Source: an uncultured Chloroflexia bacterium (GTDB lineage Bacteria > Chloroflexota > Ktedonobacteria > Ktedonobacterales > JADMIN01). From it: a DNA stretch of 32,000 nt. Made by a program: the position numbers and the translations under genes. Below the pieces are notes generated by a model. That model searched no databases. It had not been told where the DNA came from and was given only the letters and a program-made list of their open reading frames with translations. This document shows, in pieces, positions 19,021 through 28,494 of this stretch (its first letter is position 1; every line of letters starts with the position of its first letter). Where the stretch lies: positions 420,001 through 452,000 of the forward strand of contig CAVRAI010000007.1 of assembly GCA_963718915.1 (NCBI GenBank). Reading direction: 5' to 3'.

Positions 19021-20043
19021 ATGAAAGAGTTGGATCGCATCCTTGGCATTCTGCTGGCGCTCCAGAGCCAGCGGCGGATCTCCGCACGCCAACTCGCCGA
19101 GCGCTTCGGCGTCTCCACGCGGACGGTCTACCGCGATCTGCAGACGATGAGCCTGCTGGGCATTCCCATCTACGCTGAACGCGGACGCAATGGCGGCATC
19201 CGGCTGCTCGAAGGTTATTTCCTACCGCCGCTGATGTTTACCCGCTCGGAGGCCATCGCGCTGCTGCTCGGCATCATCAGCCTGCGGACGCTGCGCGCCG
19301 TGCCGTTCGAGGCGGATGTGGATACCGCGACGCAGAAGCTGCTGGCGGCGGTTCCGGAACATCTGCGCGTGACGCTGGCGCGCCTGGGCCAGATCATCGG
19401 CGCGGAGATGCCCCCCGCCGACATTTTTCACGCCGAGCCGGACGAGCCAGCCACCACCAGCGATCCCCAGCGCGATGGCGCGACTGTGACCAGCTTCTTG
19501 CAGGCCATCCTCGACGGCGACACCGTCCGCCTGGTGTATCAGTCGCCGTACCGCGACGCGCCGATGACGATGGATGCGGAGCCGCTAGGCATTTTCTGGG
19601 ACCGCGGTCGCTGGTATCTGGCGACGAACAATCCGGGGCAGGGCGACCGCGAGCGGCTCTGGCGCGCCGACCGCGTGACCGGCATCAGCCCGCGTAGTCC
19701 AGTGGAGGAGCGGCGTACCGACTTCGATATCGGCGGTCTGCTTGGGCATGCCTGGCTGCGCACGGCGATGGACGCCTGGCGCACGCGTGCTCCAGTGCGC
19801 CTGCGTATCACCGAGAAACAGGCGCTGCGCCTGCAACGGGACTGGTATTATCGCTTCGCCCAGTATGAGCCAGACGGCGCGGGCAATATGCTGATGACGA
19901 TTGGCGAACAGGATCGCGAACTGGTGCTCGCGCTGGTGCGCTGGCTGGGGCCTGGCGCGGAGCTACTCGCCCCGGCGGCGTGGCGCGATGCGCTGCGCGA
20001 ACAACTCGCGGCAATGCTCCGCCAGCACGACGGCGGCGATTGA
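19021..20043 (+). CDS. YafY-family transcriptional regulator (HTH_11 + WYL domain)
   Basis: The N-terminus is MKELDRILGILLALQSQRRISARQLAERFGVSTRTVYRDLQTMSLLGIPIYAERGRNGG. The WYL core is WDRGRWYLAT. SD GGAGG lies before ATG 19021. The gene is divergent from the MFS gene. Confidence 0.85.
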   Translation: MKELDRILGILLALQSQRRISARQLAERFGVSTRTVYRDLQTMSLLGIPIYAERGRNGGIRLLEGYFLPPLMFTRSEAIALLLGIISLRTLRAVPFEADVDTATQKLLAAVPEHLRVTLARLGQIIGAEMPPADIFHAEPDEPATTSDPQRDGATVTSFLQAILDGDTVRLVYQSPYRDAPMTMDAEPLGIFWDRGRWYLATNNPGQGDRERLWRADRVTGISPRSPVEERRTDFDIGGLLGHAWLRTAMDAWRTRAPVRLRITEKQALRLQRDWYYRFAQYEPDGAGNMLMTIGEQDRELVLALVRWLGPGAELLAPAAWRDALREQLAAMLRQHDGGD

Positions 20044-20171
20044 TTGGTACGAGCGACGAGGCTAGGCGGTTAGCAGCTTCTGACGGTGCGTGGTACACTA
20101 TAAGATGGCCCCTCGCACGAAGACGTGCGGCGCGAGCGTACAAGGGGCGCAACATAATCGAGGCAAGATTC

Positions 20172-23057
20172 ATGGACGCCTGGGATACCTTCTTCGGCCC
20201 AAACGCGGGCTATGCGCAGGAACTGTACGAGCGCTACCTGCAAGACCCCGCATCGGTAGACGCGGCGACGCGCGCCTTCTTCGACGGGGTATCCTCGCCT
20301 CCGTCTGACATTGCGCCCGCTTCGACGCCGCCTGCTCCACCAGCTCCTCCCCTCAAGCGAGAGGTGAGCCAGACGCGCGCTATGGCCACCGGCGGCATCA
20401 CCGACGACGAGATTCGGCTGGCCGTCGGAACGGCGAAGTTGGCCCGGATGATCCGCACCTATGGCCACCTCGCGGCGCGGCTCGATCCGCTGGATACGCC
20501 CCCATTGGGCAACCGTGCGCTCGCTCCCGCCGCGCATGGGCTGACCGAGGAGGATCTGGCGAACCTGCCGACAAGCATCATCTGGCCCGGCGGCGACACT
20601 CACGGGGCGCGCAACGCTCGCGAGGCCATTGCCACATTGCGCGCGATCTACAGCGGCACGCTTGGCTACGAGTTCGCCCATATCCAGGATGAGGACGAGC
20701 GCGCCTGGCTGCACGAGAGTGTCGAGTCCGGCGCATTCCTCCAGCCGCTCGCCGCTGAGGAACGGCGCGAGTTGCTCCGGCGGCTCTCCGAGGTGGAGAC
20801 GTTTGAACGCTTCCTGCACAGCACCTTTACCGGGCAGAAACGCTTCTCCATCGAGGGGACGGATATGCTCGTGCCGATGTTGGACGAGCTGATCCACGAC
20901 GCCGCCGGGGTGCGGACACGCGAGGTGCTGATCGGCATGGCGCATCGCGGGCGGCTCAATGTGCTGGCCCACGTCCTGGGCAAACCGTATGCCCGCATCT
21001 TCTCCGAGTTCCATACCGCCCCAGACAAAGAGATGGTTCCCTCCGAAGGCTCGGCGGGCATCAACTATGGATGGACAGGCGACGTCAAGTATCACCTCGG
21101 TGCGCGCAAAACGGTGCGTGAGAGCGAACTGGCGCAGGTGGCGTTGACGCTGGCCCACAATCCCAGCCACCTGGAGTTCGTCAACCCGGTGGTCGAGGGC
21201 TTCGGACGGGCAGCGCAAGAGCAGCGCGACGAGCAAGGCGCGCCACGGCAGGACGTGGACCGGGCGCTCTGCATCACGATTCATGGCGATGCCGCCTTCC
21301 CTGGCGAGGGCGTCGTGGCCGAGACGCTCAACCTCTCGCGGCTGCCGGGCTACCAGACCGGCGGCACCATACGCATCATCGCCAACAACCAGATTGGCTT
21401 CACGACGGCCGCCGACCAGAGCCGTTCAACCCTCTACGCCAGCGATCTCGCCAAGGGCTTCGAGATCCCCATCGTCCACGTCAACGCCGACGACCCCGAG
21501 GCGTGCCTGAGCGCGGCGGCGCTGGCCCATGCCTATCGCCAGCGCTTCCACAAGGACTTCCTGATCGACCTCGTCGGCTACCGGCGCTGGGGACACAACG
21601 AGGGCGACGAGCCTGCCTTCACCCAGCCGCTGCTCTATGCCCGGATCGCCGAGCATCCGACGGTGCGCGCGCTCTACGCCGAAACGCTGGAGGCGGAAGG
21701 CGTGGTCTCGCCTGCCGATGCCGAGGCGATGCAGCGCGACATCCAGGGACGGCTGAAGCAGGCGTATGATGAGTTGATGGCGGGGCACATCCCGGAGGAG
21801 CAGGCCGCGCTGGAGGAGTCGCCCACGCTGGCGAGCGTCGAGACGGCGGTTCCAGTGGATGAGCTACGAACGATGAACGAGGCGCTGCTGGCACGCCCAG
21901 CGGGATTCACGCCGAATACCAAGTTGGAGCGGCTGCTGGCGCGGCGGCGCGAGGGCATCGAGAAGCCCGGCGGGATCGACTGGGGCTTCTCCGAGACGCT
22001 GGCCTTCGCGGCGATTCTGGCCGACGGCATACCCATCCGCCTGACCGGGCAGGATAGCGAACGCGGCACCTTTAGCCAGCGCCACGATGTGCTCCACGAT
22101 GCGCAGACGGGCGCTGCCTACATCCCGCTCCAGGCGCTGCCACAGGCGCGGGCGTCTTTCGCGATCTATAACAGCCCGCTCTCCGAGGCCTCGGTGCTCG
22201 GCTTCGAGTATGGCTACAGTGTCCACGCGCCCAATACGTTTGTGCTGTGGGAGGCGCAGTTTGGCGACTTCGCCAACGCCGGGCAGGTGCTTATTGACCA
22301 GTTCATCGCGGCGGCGCGGGCCAAGTGGCGTCAGTTGCCAGGGCTGGCGCTGTTGCTGCCACACGGCTACGAGGGCCAGGGGCCAGAGCATTCGAGCGGA
22401 CGGTTGGAGCGCTATCTGCAACTCGCCGCCGAGGATAATTTGCGCGTGGCGAACTGCACGACGGCGGCGCAGTACTTCCATCTGCTGCGGGCACAGGCGA
22501 CGCTGCTCGCCACCGCGCCACGCCCGCTGATCGTGATGACGCCGAAGAGCCTGCTGCGGCATCCCCGCGCCGGATCGAGCCTCGGCGACCTGACCGACGG
22601 CTCATTCAGGCCAGTGTTCGACGATTTCCAGGGCGAGCCTGCATCGGTGCGGCGGCTTATTCTCTGTAGCGGCAAGGTCGTGGTGGATCTGGAGGCGGCG
22701 CTGGACGCGCAGCCAGCATTGCGCGACTGGATCGCGGTGGCGCGGGTAGAGCAGCTCTATCCTTATCCAGAAGAGGCGCTCGGTGCGACGCTCCTGCGTT
22801 ACCCGCATCTGAACGAGGTTATCTGGCTCCAGGAGGAGCCACGCAACATGGGCGCGTGGAGCTACATCGCGCCACGACTGACACCACAGGTTGGCGTGGC
22901 GCTACGCTACGTGGGACGCCCGGAGCGGGCAAGCACGGCGGAGGGTCTGCCCAATGCGCACGCGGCGGAGCAGGCGAGAATAATCGGCGAGGCGCTCGGC
23001 GGCGAGCGGTCAGCAGGGGTAGAGACACGCGAGGGCGAGGGGCAATATGTCGATTGA
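20172..23057 (+). CDS. sucA: 2-oxoglutarate dehydrogenase E1 component
   Basis: Motifs [64 protein letters not shown] and [14 protein letters not shown]. Confidence 0.92.
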   Translation: MDAWDTFFGPNAGYAQELYERYLQDPASVDAATRAFFDGVSSPPSDIAPASTPPAPPAPPLKREVSQTRAMATGGITDDEIRLAVGTAKLARMIRTYGHLAARLDPLDTPPLGNRALAPAAHGLTEEDLANLPTSIIWPGGDTHGARNAREAIATLRAIYSGTLGYEFAHIQDEDERAWLHESVESGAFLQPLAAEERRELLRRLSEVETFERFLHSTFTGQKRFSIEGTDMLVPMLDELIHDAAGVRTREVLIGMAHRGRLNVLAHVLGKPYARIFSEFHTAPDKEMVPSEGSAGINYGWTGDVKYHLGARKTVRESELAQVALTLAHNPSHLEFVNPVVEGFGRAAQEQRDEQGAPRQDVDRALCITIHGDAAFPGEGVVAETLNLSRLPGYQTGGTIRIIANNQIGFTTAADQSRSTLYASDLAKGFEIPIVHVNADDPEACLSAAALAHAYRQRFHKDFLIDLVGYRRWGHNEGDEPAFTQPLLYARIAEHPTVRALYAETLEAEGVVSPADAEAMQRDIQGRLKQAYDELMAGHIPEEQAALEESPTLASVETAVPVDELRTMNEALLARPAGFTPNTKLERLLARRREGIEKPGGIDWGFSETLAFAAILADGIPIRLTGQDSERGTFSQRHDVLHDAQTGAAYIPLQALPQARASFAIYNSPLSEASVLGFEYGYSVHAPNTFVLWEAQFGDFANAGQVLIDQFIAAARAKWRQLPGLALLLPHGYEGQGPEHSSGRLERYLQLAAEDNLRVANCTTAAQYFHLLRAQATLLATAPRPLIVMTPKSLLRHPRAGSSLGDLTDGSFRPVFDDFQGEPASVRRLILCSGKVVVDLEAALDAQPALRDWIAVARVEQLYPYPEEALGATLLRYPHLNEVIWLQEEPRNMGAWSYIAPRLTPQVGVALRYVGRPERASTAEGLPNAHAAEQARIIGEALGGERSAGVETREGEGQYVD

Positions 23058-24372
23058 GATAACGGTTCCACAGCTTGGCGAATCCATTGTCGAGGCGACG
23101 GTTGGGCAGTGGCGCAAACAAGTGGGTGACATTGTAGCTGTGGGCGAACCGCTGGTCGAGCTGGAGACAGATAAGGTCAACGTCGAGGTGAGCGCGCCCG
23201 GCGATGGCGTGCTGAGCAGCATCGTCAGACACGAGGGCGAGACCGTCGGCGTGGGCGAGGTGCTGGCGCAGATAAGTGCGGAGCAAGAGCAGGCGCAGCC
23301 AGCGCGTAAGGCGGCGGCTTCCGCGAAGGCGGCGACCCAGACCGCGCCCGCCGCCAGCAATGGTTCGGCAGCAACGCCAGCAGCAACGCCAGCAGCAACG
23401 CCCGCCGCAACGGAGGCAGCTGAGGCGACTGAGGCGAGTGACGGCTCCCGCGCGACCCCGCTGGCGCGCCGTATCGCCGCCGAGCGGCACATCGACCTCC
23501 AGGAAATCAGTGGTACCGGCAGCGGCGGCAAGATCACCCAGGACGACGTCGAAGCGTATCTCGCCGGACACGAGACGCCTGCGCCAGCGTCGCCGGTTGC
23601 GCCGCCATCCATGCCACGACCCGCGCCGCTCGCACCACCGCAGCCAGCCACTATGCCAGTGACGGTCGAGTCGCGTCGCGAGGAGCGGGTGCGCATGTCG
23701 CGGCGGCGTCAAACCATCGCCAGGCGGCTGGTGGAGGCGCAGCACAACGCGGCCATGCTGACCACCTTCAACGAGATCGATATGTCTGCCGTGATGGAGG
23801 TGCGCAAGCGACGGCGAGACGCCTTCAAGGAGCGTTATAACGTCAGCCTGGGCTACATGTCGTTTTTCACCAAAGCGGTTATCGGCGCGCTCAAGGCGTT
23901 CCCCCGGCTGAACGCCGAGATTCAGGGCGACGAGATGCTGCTCAAGCGCTACTACGACATCGGCATTGCCGTTGGCGTAGAGGAGGGGCTGGTCGTGCCG
24001 GTGCTGCGCGACGCGGATCGCATGTCTTTCGCCGAGATCGAGCAGCAGATCGCCGTCTTCGCGGAGAAGGCGCGCAAGAACCAGCTGACCCTGGACGAGA
24101 TTCGCGGCGGGACGTTCACCATCTCCAACGGCGGTATCTTCGGCTCGCTGCTCTCGACGCCGATCCTCAACGGCCCGCAGGTGGGCATCCTCGGCATGCA
24201 TAAGATTCAGGAGCGGCCTATCGCGCTCAACGGCCAGGTGGTCATCCACCCGATGATGTACGTCGCGCTCTCCTACGACCACCGCATCGTGGACGGCAAC
24301 GAGGCGGTGCGCTTCCTGGTGCGCATCAAAGAACTGGTCGAGGATCCCGAGTCGCTGCTGCTGGAGGGATAA
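23047..24372 (+). CDS. sucB: Dihydrolipoyllysine-residue succinyltransferase (E2 of 2-oxoglutarate dehydrogenase)
   Basis: A lipoyl domain with ETDKV, a peripheral-subunit-binding segment ([26 protein letters not shown]), and a catalytic DHRIVDG. It overlaps sucA by 11 nt. Confidence 0.92.
   Translation: MSIEITVPQLGESIVEATVGQWRKQVGDIVAVGEPLVELETDKVNVEVSAPGDGVLSSIVRHEGETVGVGEVLAQISAEQEQAQPARKAAASAKAATQTAPAASNGSAATPAATPAATPAATEAAEATEASDGSRATPLARRIAAERHIDLQEISGTGSGGKITQDDVEAYLAGHETPAPASPVAPPSMPRPAPLAPPQPATMPVTVESRREERVRMSRRRQTIARRLVEAQHNAAMLTTFNEIDMSAVMEVRKRRRDAFKERYNVSLGYMSFFTKAVIGALKAFPRLNAEIQGDEMLLKRYYDIGIAVGVEEGLVVPVLRDADRMSFAEIEQQIAVFAEKARKNQLTLDEIRGGTFTISNGGIFGSLLSTPILNGPQVGILGMHKIQERPIALNGQVVIHPMMYVALSYDHRIVDGNEAVRFLVRIKELVEDPESLLLEG
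23368..23412 (+). repeat. 12-nt tandem repeat (GCAGCAACGCCA, about 3.5 copies) encoding the (AATP)n linker of E2
   Basis: Read directly from the sequence. It translates to [15 protein letters not shown] between the lipoyl and PSBD domains. Confidence 0.8.
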
Positions 24373-24393
24373 GCGGCTAACCTCACCCCTCAA

Positions 24394-24418
24394 CCCCCTC
24401 TCCTTGCGGGAGAGGGGG
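24394..24418. repeat. Perfect 10-bp C/G-tract hairpin CCCCCTCTCC-TTGCG-GGAGAGGGGG downstream of sucB (possible terminator)
   Basis: It starts 22 nt after the TAA at 24370-24372 and belongs to the same family as 15562-15585 and 30335-30356. Confidence 0.65.
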
Positions 24419-24721
24419 AGCGAGAGTTGTTCTGATCCTCTGGCATTCTGACTCCCCTCCCTCTATGTCGTTTTAGCATGTGCGACGGACACGGGCATTG
24501 CGGTGTGGGGAGCAGGCCGTAGCGTGAACGCTACGGCGAATGGGCGCATGCGACGGGAGCGTGTGGCGGGGCAATTTGCTGGCAGGCTCCGGCAAGCGCC
24601 CCTCATCAGACCGCTGCCGCGGGCCAGTAATCTGTCCTTCCTATTTTCTGACTCGCATTCCTCAGTTGCCTCTTGCCCTCTGCGTTTTCTCCGCTTTCTC
24701 ACTGACGCTCAGATATGCCTC

Positions 24722-24765
24722 TTGACACTACTAATATAATTAGTTTATATTCTATTCATATTAGT
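24722..24765 (+). promoter_or_regulatory. Candidate promoter (TTGACA-17-TTATAT) with an embedded TetR-type operator palindrome
   Basis: TTGACA at 24722-24727 and TTATAT at 24745-24750. The palindrome ACTAAT-ATA-ATTAGT spans 24730-24744, and a further inverted half-site ATATTAGT lies at 24758-24765. Confidence 0.5.
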
Positions 24766-24797
24766 CAATTGGCACGAATGGAAGGGGTGGAGCAGAT

Positions 24798-25382
24798 ATG
24801 GCGCACCGGGCAGGGCTGGACCGCGCGTCCGTCGTCGAGGCAGCTTTGAAGCTGGTGGACGAGGAGGGCATCGAGCAACTCACCCTGGGGCGGCTGGCCG
24901 AGCGGCTGGGCATCCGCACGCCCTCGCTCTACAACCATATCGCCGGGCTGCCGGGCCTTCGCCACGAGCTAACGCTCTCTTGCGCGCGCGAGTTGCTGGA
25001 CTATCTGACTCAGGCCACCATCGGCAGATCGCGCGCTGAGGCGATTCTCGCGCTGGCGGATGCCTATCGCGGCTACGCCAGAGAGTATCCCAACCGCTAC
25101 CGATTCACGCTCCAGGCGCCATCCGCCGACGACCCTCAACTGGCGGCGATTGCCGAAGAAATTCTTGGCGTCATTCGGGCGGTGCTCCGTCCCTACCACC
25201 TCGGCGAAGAGAACACGGTCCACGCCATTCGCAGCCTGCGCAGCATCGTGCAGGGGTTCGTCTCGCTGGAGATCGCTGGTGGTTTCGCGATGCCCGTGAA
25301 CCTCGACGATAGTTTTCACTGGCTCATCCACCTGTTTATCGCCGGAATAGAGCCAGCAGGTAGTGAGGAAGGAAAGAAGTGA
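24798..25382 (+). CDS. TetR/AcrR family transcriptional regulator
   Basis: The N-terminal HTH is LDRASVVEAALKLVDEEGIEQLTLGRLAERLGIRTPSLYNHI. SD GAAGGGGTGGAG is present. Confidence 0.9.
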   Translation: MAHRAGLDRASVVEAALKLVDEEGIEQLTLGRLAERLGIRTPSLYNHIAGLPGLRHELTLSCARELLDYLTQATIGRSRAEAILALADAYRGYAREYPNRYRFTLQAPSADDPQLAAIAEEILGVIRAVLRPYHLGEENTVHAIRSLRSIVQGFVSLEIAGGFAMPVNLDDSFHWLIHLFIAGIEPAGSEEGKK

Positions 25383-25726
25383 TGATTCTCACCGCGTTGA
25401 AAGGCATCAACCTTGGACTGGCGTTTCTGCTGGAACTGGGCGTGCTGGTAGCCCTGGGTTACTGGGGATTCACCGTCGGGCCAAACACATTCCTGAAGTT
25501 CGTCCTTGGCCTGGGCGCGCCAGCGCTGGCTATCGTCGTATGGGCTATCTTTGGCGCCCCAAAATCCTCGACGCAGTTGCAGGGCGTCGCATACCTCGTA
25601 TTGCAGGCCGTCTTTTTCGGCGGTGGCGCGCTGGCGCTCGTCGTCTCCGGCCAGCGTGGATTGGGTATCGCTTTCGCACTGATTGCGCTGGTGAACTGCA
25701 CGGCGGCGGCCATCTGGCGGCAGTGA
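25379..25726 (+). CDS. DUF2568 (YrdB-like) small membrane protein, translationally coupled to the TetR gene
   Basis: The GTGATG start overlaps the TetR stop (TGA at 25380-25382). The protein has 4 TM helices and the pattern LRFLLEL-like LAFLLELGVLVALGYWG, with WAIFGAPKS. Confidence 0.7.
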   Translation: MMILTALKGINLGLAFLLELGVLVALGYWGFTVGPNTFLKFVLGLGAPALAIVVWAIFGAPKSSTQLQGVAYLVLQAVFFGGGALALVVSGQRGLGIAFALIALVNCTAAAIWRQ

Positions 25727-25845
25727 GTCTGGCTCCTCATTTCCCCTACGCGAAAAATCAGGCCAACACCTGATGGACAGCTACAGCGCATGCCCCCTAT
25801 ACTGTCGGGAAACGGTGTTTCCGACAGCCATGGAGGAGCCACCCT

Positions 25846-27003
25846 ATGGATTCATTGCTGTACTACCCGGGATCGTGGGATAGGCTCACCATCATTGCGA
25901 TGGGACTGCTCATCGCTATCCTGGCGCTCATCTCGATTATCCCCGTATTCGCCCGGCGTCATGGACTGGCGGATCGCACGCTGGCGCTGGCGGGCGGCGC
26001 CAGCATCGGGCTGACGGTCGGGCTGGCCGGGGGTATTGGCTTTCTGGCGCTCCAATCGCGCATTGGCGGGCCTGACTTCTTTCTGGCGCCATACGACATT
26101 CGCGCGGGCCTGCTGTGCGGACTTGGGCTGGGCCTACTGGCGCTGCTGGCAATTGGCGCAATCCTCGCGTTACACAATGCGCCAGCGCTCGGGATGCTGC
26201 TGGGGACGCTGGCTGGTCTGGGTATCTTCCGGCTGATCTTTGGTTCCACAGCGGGCTTCGGCGGCGAGGTCGGGCTGGGCGTCGGACGCGAGGTTGGCAT
26301 CATGTTCGGCACGGCTGGTGGGCTGCTCGGAGCGATCCTCGCCGCGATCATTCTCCTTGCCGTCCGTGCCGCGCGCTCCAGGCCCGCCGCCACTGATACC
26401 CCGATACTCGCGCGTCGTGGTTGGCGCTGGCCGCTGGTCGGGCTGGTGGTGGGAGCGATCATTGCGGCCCTCATTGCCACACTTGGCGCGCAGTTGGGCA
26501 TCTTCCAGTTTCTCATCCCCTACAATGCCCAGATACCCGACGTTGCGCCTGATACATCACCGATAGGCTTGCAGCACGATTTCCTCTTCGGCCTGGGAAT
26601 GTTCGCGATAGGCGGCGCGCTTATCGGCTGTTTTCTCGGCCTGCAATGGGCGCTGTCCCAGGGGCAAGGCGCGCGGCGGTATGGCATCTGGCTTGGCGTT
26701 GGCCTGATCGGCGCGCTCATCTGCGGCCTCTCGTTCGGCCTCGATCATCGCGGCGTCGGCGGCCCGCTGTTAGCCACCCAGGTGCAGGTTCCGCGTGAGC
26801 CCGCCGCCAGCGTGAGCGGTTTGCTGATTGGGCTGGCGGGCGGAGTAGCGCTGGGCATCCTGCTACTGGTCGGCGCGCGTATCACTCGTACGCACGCACG
26901 CTGGCACGACGCAGTAAGGATGGCGCTCGCGCTCATCGTTGGCTTGTTGCTGCTAACGCTGCCCTACTGGTATACGCCTATCTTCGCCATCAGCATCTAT
27001 TGA
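25846..27003 (+). CDS. Polytopic Gly-rich membrane protein, no family recognised
   Basis: SD GGAGGAG (25831-25837) precedes ATG 25846. There are about 9-10 hydrophobic segments rich in GxxxG/GLGLG motifs. Confidence 0.7.
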   Translation: MDSLLYYPGSWDRLTIIAMGLLIAILALISIIPVFARRHGLADRTLALAGGASIGLTVGLAGGIGFLALQSRIGGPDFFLAPYDIRAGLLCGLGLGLLALLAIGAILALHNAPALGMLLGTLAGLGIFRLIFGSTAGFGGEVGLGVGREVGIMFGTAGGLLGAILAAIILLAVRAARSRPAATDTPILARRGWRWPLVGLVVGAIIAALIATLGAQLGIFQFLIPYNAQIPDVAPDTSPIGLQHDFLFGLGMFAIGGALIGCFLGLQWALSQGQGARRYGIWLGVGLIGALICGLSFGLDHRGVGGPLLATQVQVPREPAASVSGLLIGLAGGVALGILLLVGARITRTHARWHDAVRMALALIVGLLLLTLPYWYTPIFAISIY

Positions 27004-27018
27004 CATATGCGCGCCTGT

Positions 27019-28324
27019 TCACGCGCCGCGCGGTAGATCGGCCTCGGCCAACGGCGACGTACCACTGCGCAATGCGTCGCCCTGGATCACGTGCGGCTCA
27101 TAGAGCGGAATCAGGCCGAAGCGCGCCTTCAGCGCCAGGATGCGCCGCACCGACTGGTCAATCCGGTCGGCCGTGATCTGGCCCGCCTTCATCGCGTTCT
27201 TGATCGCCTGAATCATGCCGCGCATCGAGTAGGTATCGAACGCGCCTTCCAGCAGGTCATCCCCAGCCTCTATCGAGAGCACCGCCGCCTGTGGCAGCGT
27301 GTAGTGCAGGGCGATACCCTGCATATAAAGGCTGTCGGTCATCACCACACCCTGATAGCCGAGCTTGTCGCGGAGCGTGCCCTGCACCACTTTTGGCGAG
27401 AGCGTCGCCGGGAGATTCGGATCAATTGGCGGAACGATGACGTGTGTCACCATAATCATGCCAGGATCATCTGCGAGCAATCCCTTGAACGCGGCAAATT
27501 CCGTGGACTGCAACTGGCTCATGGTGCGGTCCATCGTCGGGAGTGTCTTATGGGGGTCGAGGGTGATACTGCCGATGCCAGGCCAGTGTTTGAGGCAGCC
27601 GATGACGCCGTTATCTTGCAGCCCATTGCAGGAATTCGCCCGCATAGCGGTCAACCGTGGTGGGGTCGTTGCCAAAGAGACGATCCCACTCCATGGCGGC
27701 TGGCGTGGTGCGCACGTCCACCACGGGCGCGAGGTTGGTGTTGATGCCGAGCGCCATCATTTCCTTGGCCGCGGTGACGCCCTCATTATAGGCGAACTGC
27801 GGATTGCCGCTTGCCGCCATCGTCTGCGCGGATGGCAGCGGTGGCGCCAGATTGTTATTGCCGAGGCGATCTACGCCGCCGCCCTCTTCATCCATCGTCA
27901 CAAGCATGGGAATCGCGGCGTGCGCCTGGATGGTTGCCAGCATGTCATGAAGCTGCTGCCAGTCGGTGATGTTCTGCTGATAGACAATCATCGCGCCCGC
28001 GTGCATGCCGACGACCATGTTGTCGACGTCCTGACTGTAGGTCTTGTAGGTCGACTCGATCAGAAACAGCTGGCCGAGCTTCTCATCCAGCGTCATGCCG
28101 CTCAGCATCTTCTCGACCGTCTGGTGTATCAACTGTTCGCGCAGCGCGGCCCCCGAGAAGCCGCCGCTCGTCGGAGCCAGCGTGGGCGATGGCAGGACAG
28201 CCTTGACGCCGTTGAGGTCGTTCGGCGCGTGGCCACTCGAAAGCCCGGCGCAGCCCGCCAGCAGCACCAGGCTCAACATCACGATCCAGAGTGACGTGCG
28301 CGGGAAAGTCCGACGCGCAGGCAT
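27019..28324 (-). pseudogene. Glycoside hydrolase family 3 (NagZ-like beta-N-acetylhexosaminidase) lipoprotein, split by a 1-nt frame disruption near 27622-27632
   Basis: The N-terminal ORF (28324-27611) has the lipobox LVLLAGC, MDEEGGGV and RLFGNDPTTVDRYAGEFLQWAAR*. The second ORF (27675-27019) continues with GLQDNGVIGCLKHWPGIG...VVMTDSL. Removing one nt gives AGEFLQGLQDNGV. Confidence 0.8.
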
Positions 28325-28494
28325 ACACCATCTCCCTATTTTCTGGCGCCGCTCACGATTCTAGGGCTATTATGAATCGCCCTGCCTGGCAAGCACCACT
28401 GCTCAACCAGACAGGCTATTGATACCTTCTTACACCTTGTAGTAACGACCTACGACAAATCTCATGCGATTCATATCCACAATGGCCCCGCCAG

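Noticed and set aside
19980-20171. N-terminal extension of the sucA ORF (the track start at 19980 overlaps the WYL regulator's 3' end)
   Set aside because: Conserved E1 sequence begins at [22 protein letters not shown] (ATG 20172). The extension is Arg-rich and overlaps the upstream gene.
20070-21284. 404-aa minus-strand ORF
   Set aside because: It is antisense to sucA, has no recognisable motifs and has an Arg/Gly/Pro-biased composition. It is an artefact of high GC content.
22819-24393. 524-aa minus-strand ORF, the longest unexplained ORF in the track
   Set aside because: It lies exactly antisense to the well-supported sucA 3' end and all of sucB. Its translation is Arg/Trp/Cys/His-rich low-complexity sequence (for example [11 protein letters not shown]) with no motifs. 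It is a typical mirror-frame ORF of high-GC DNA.
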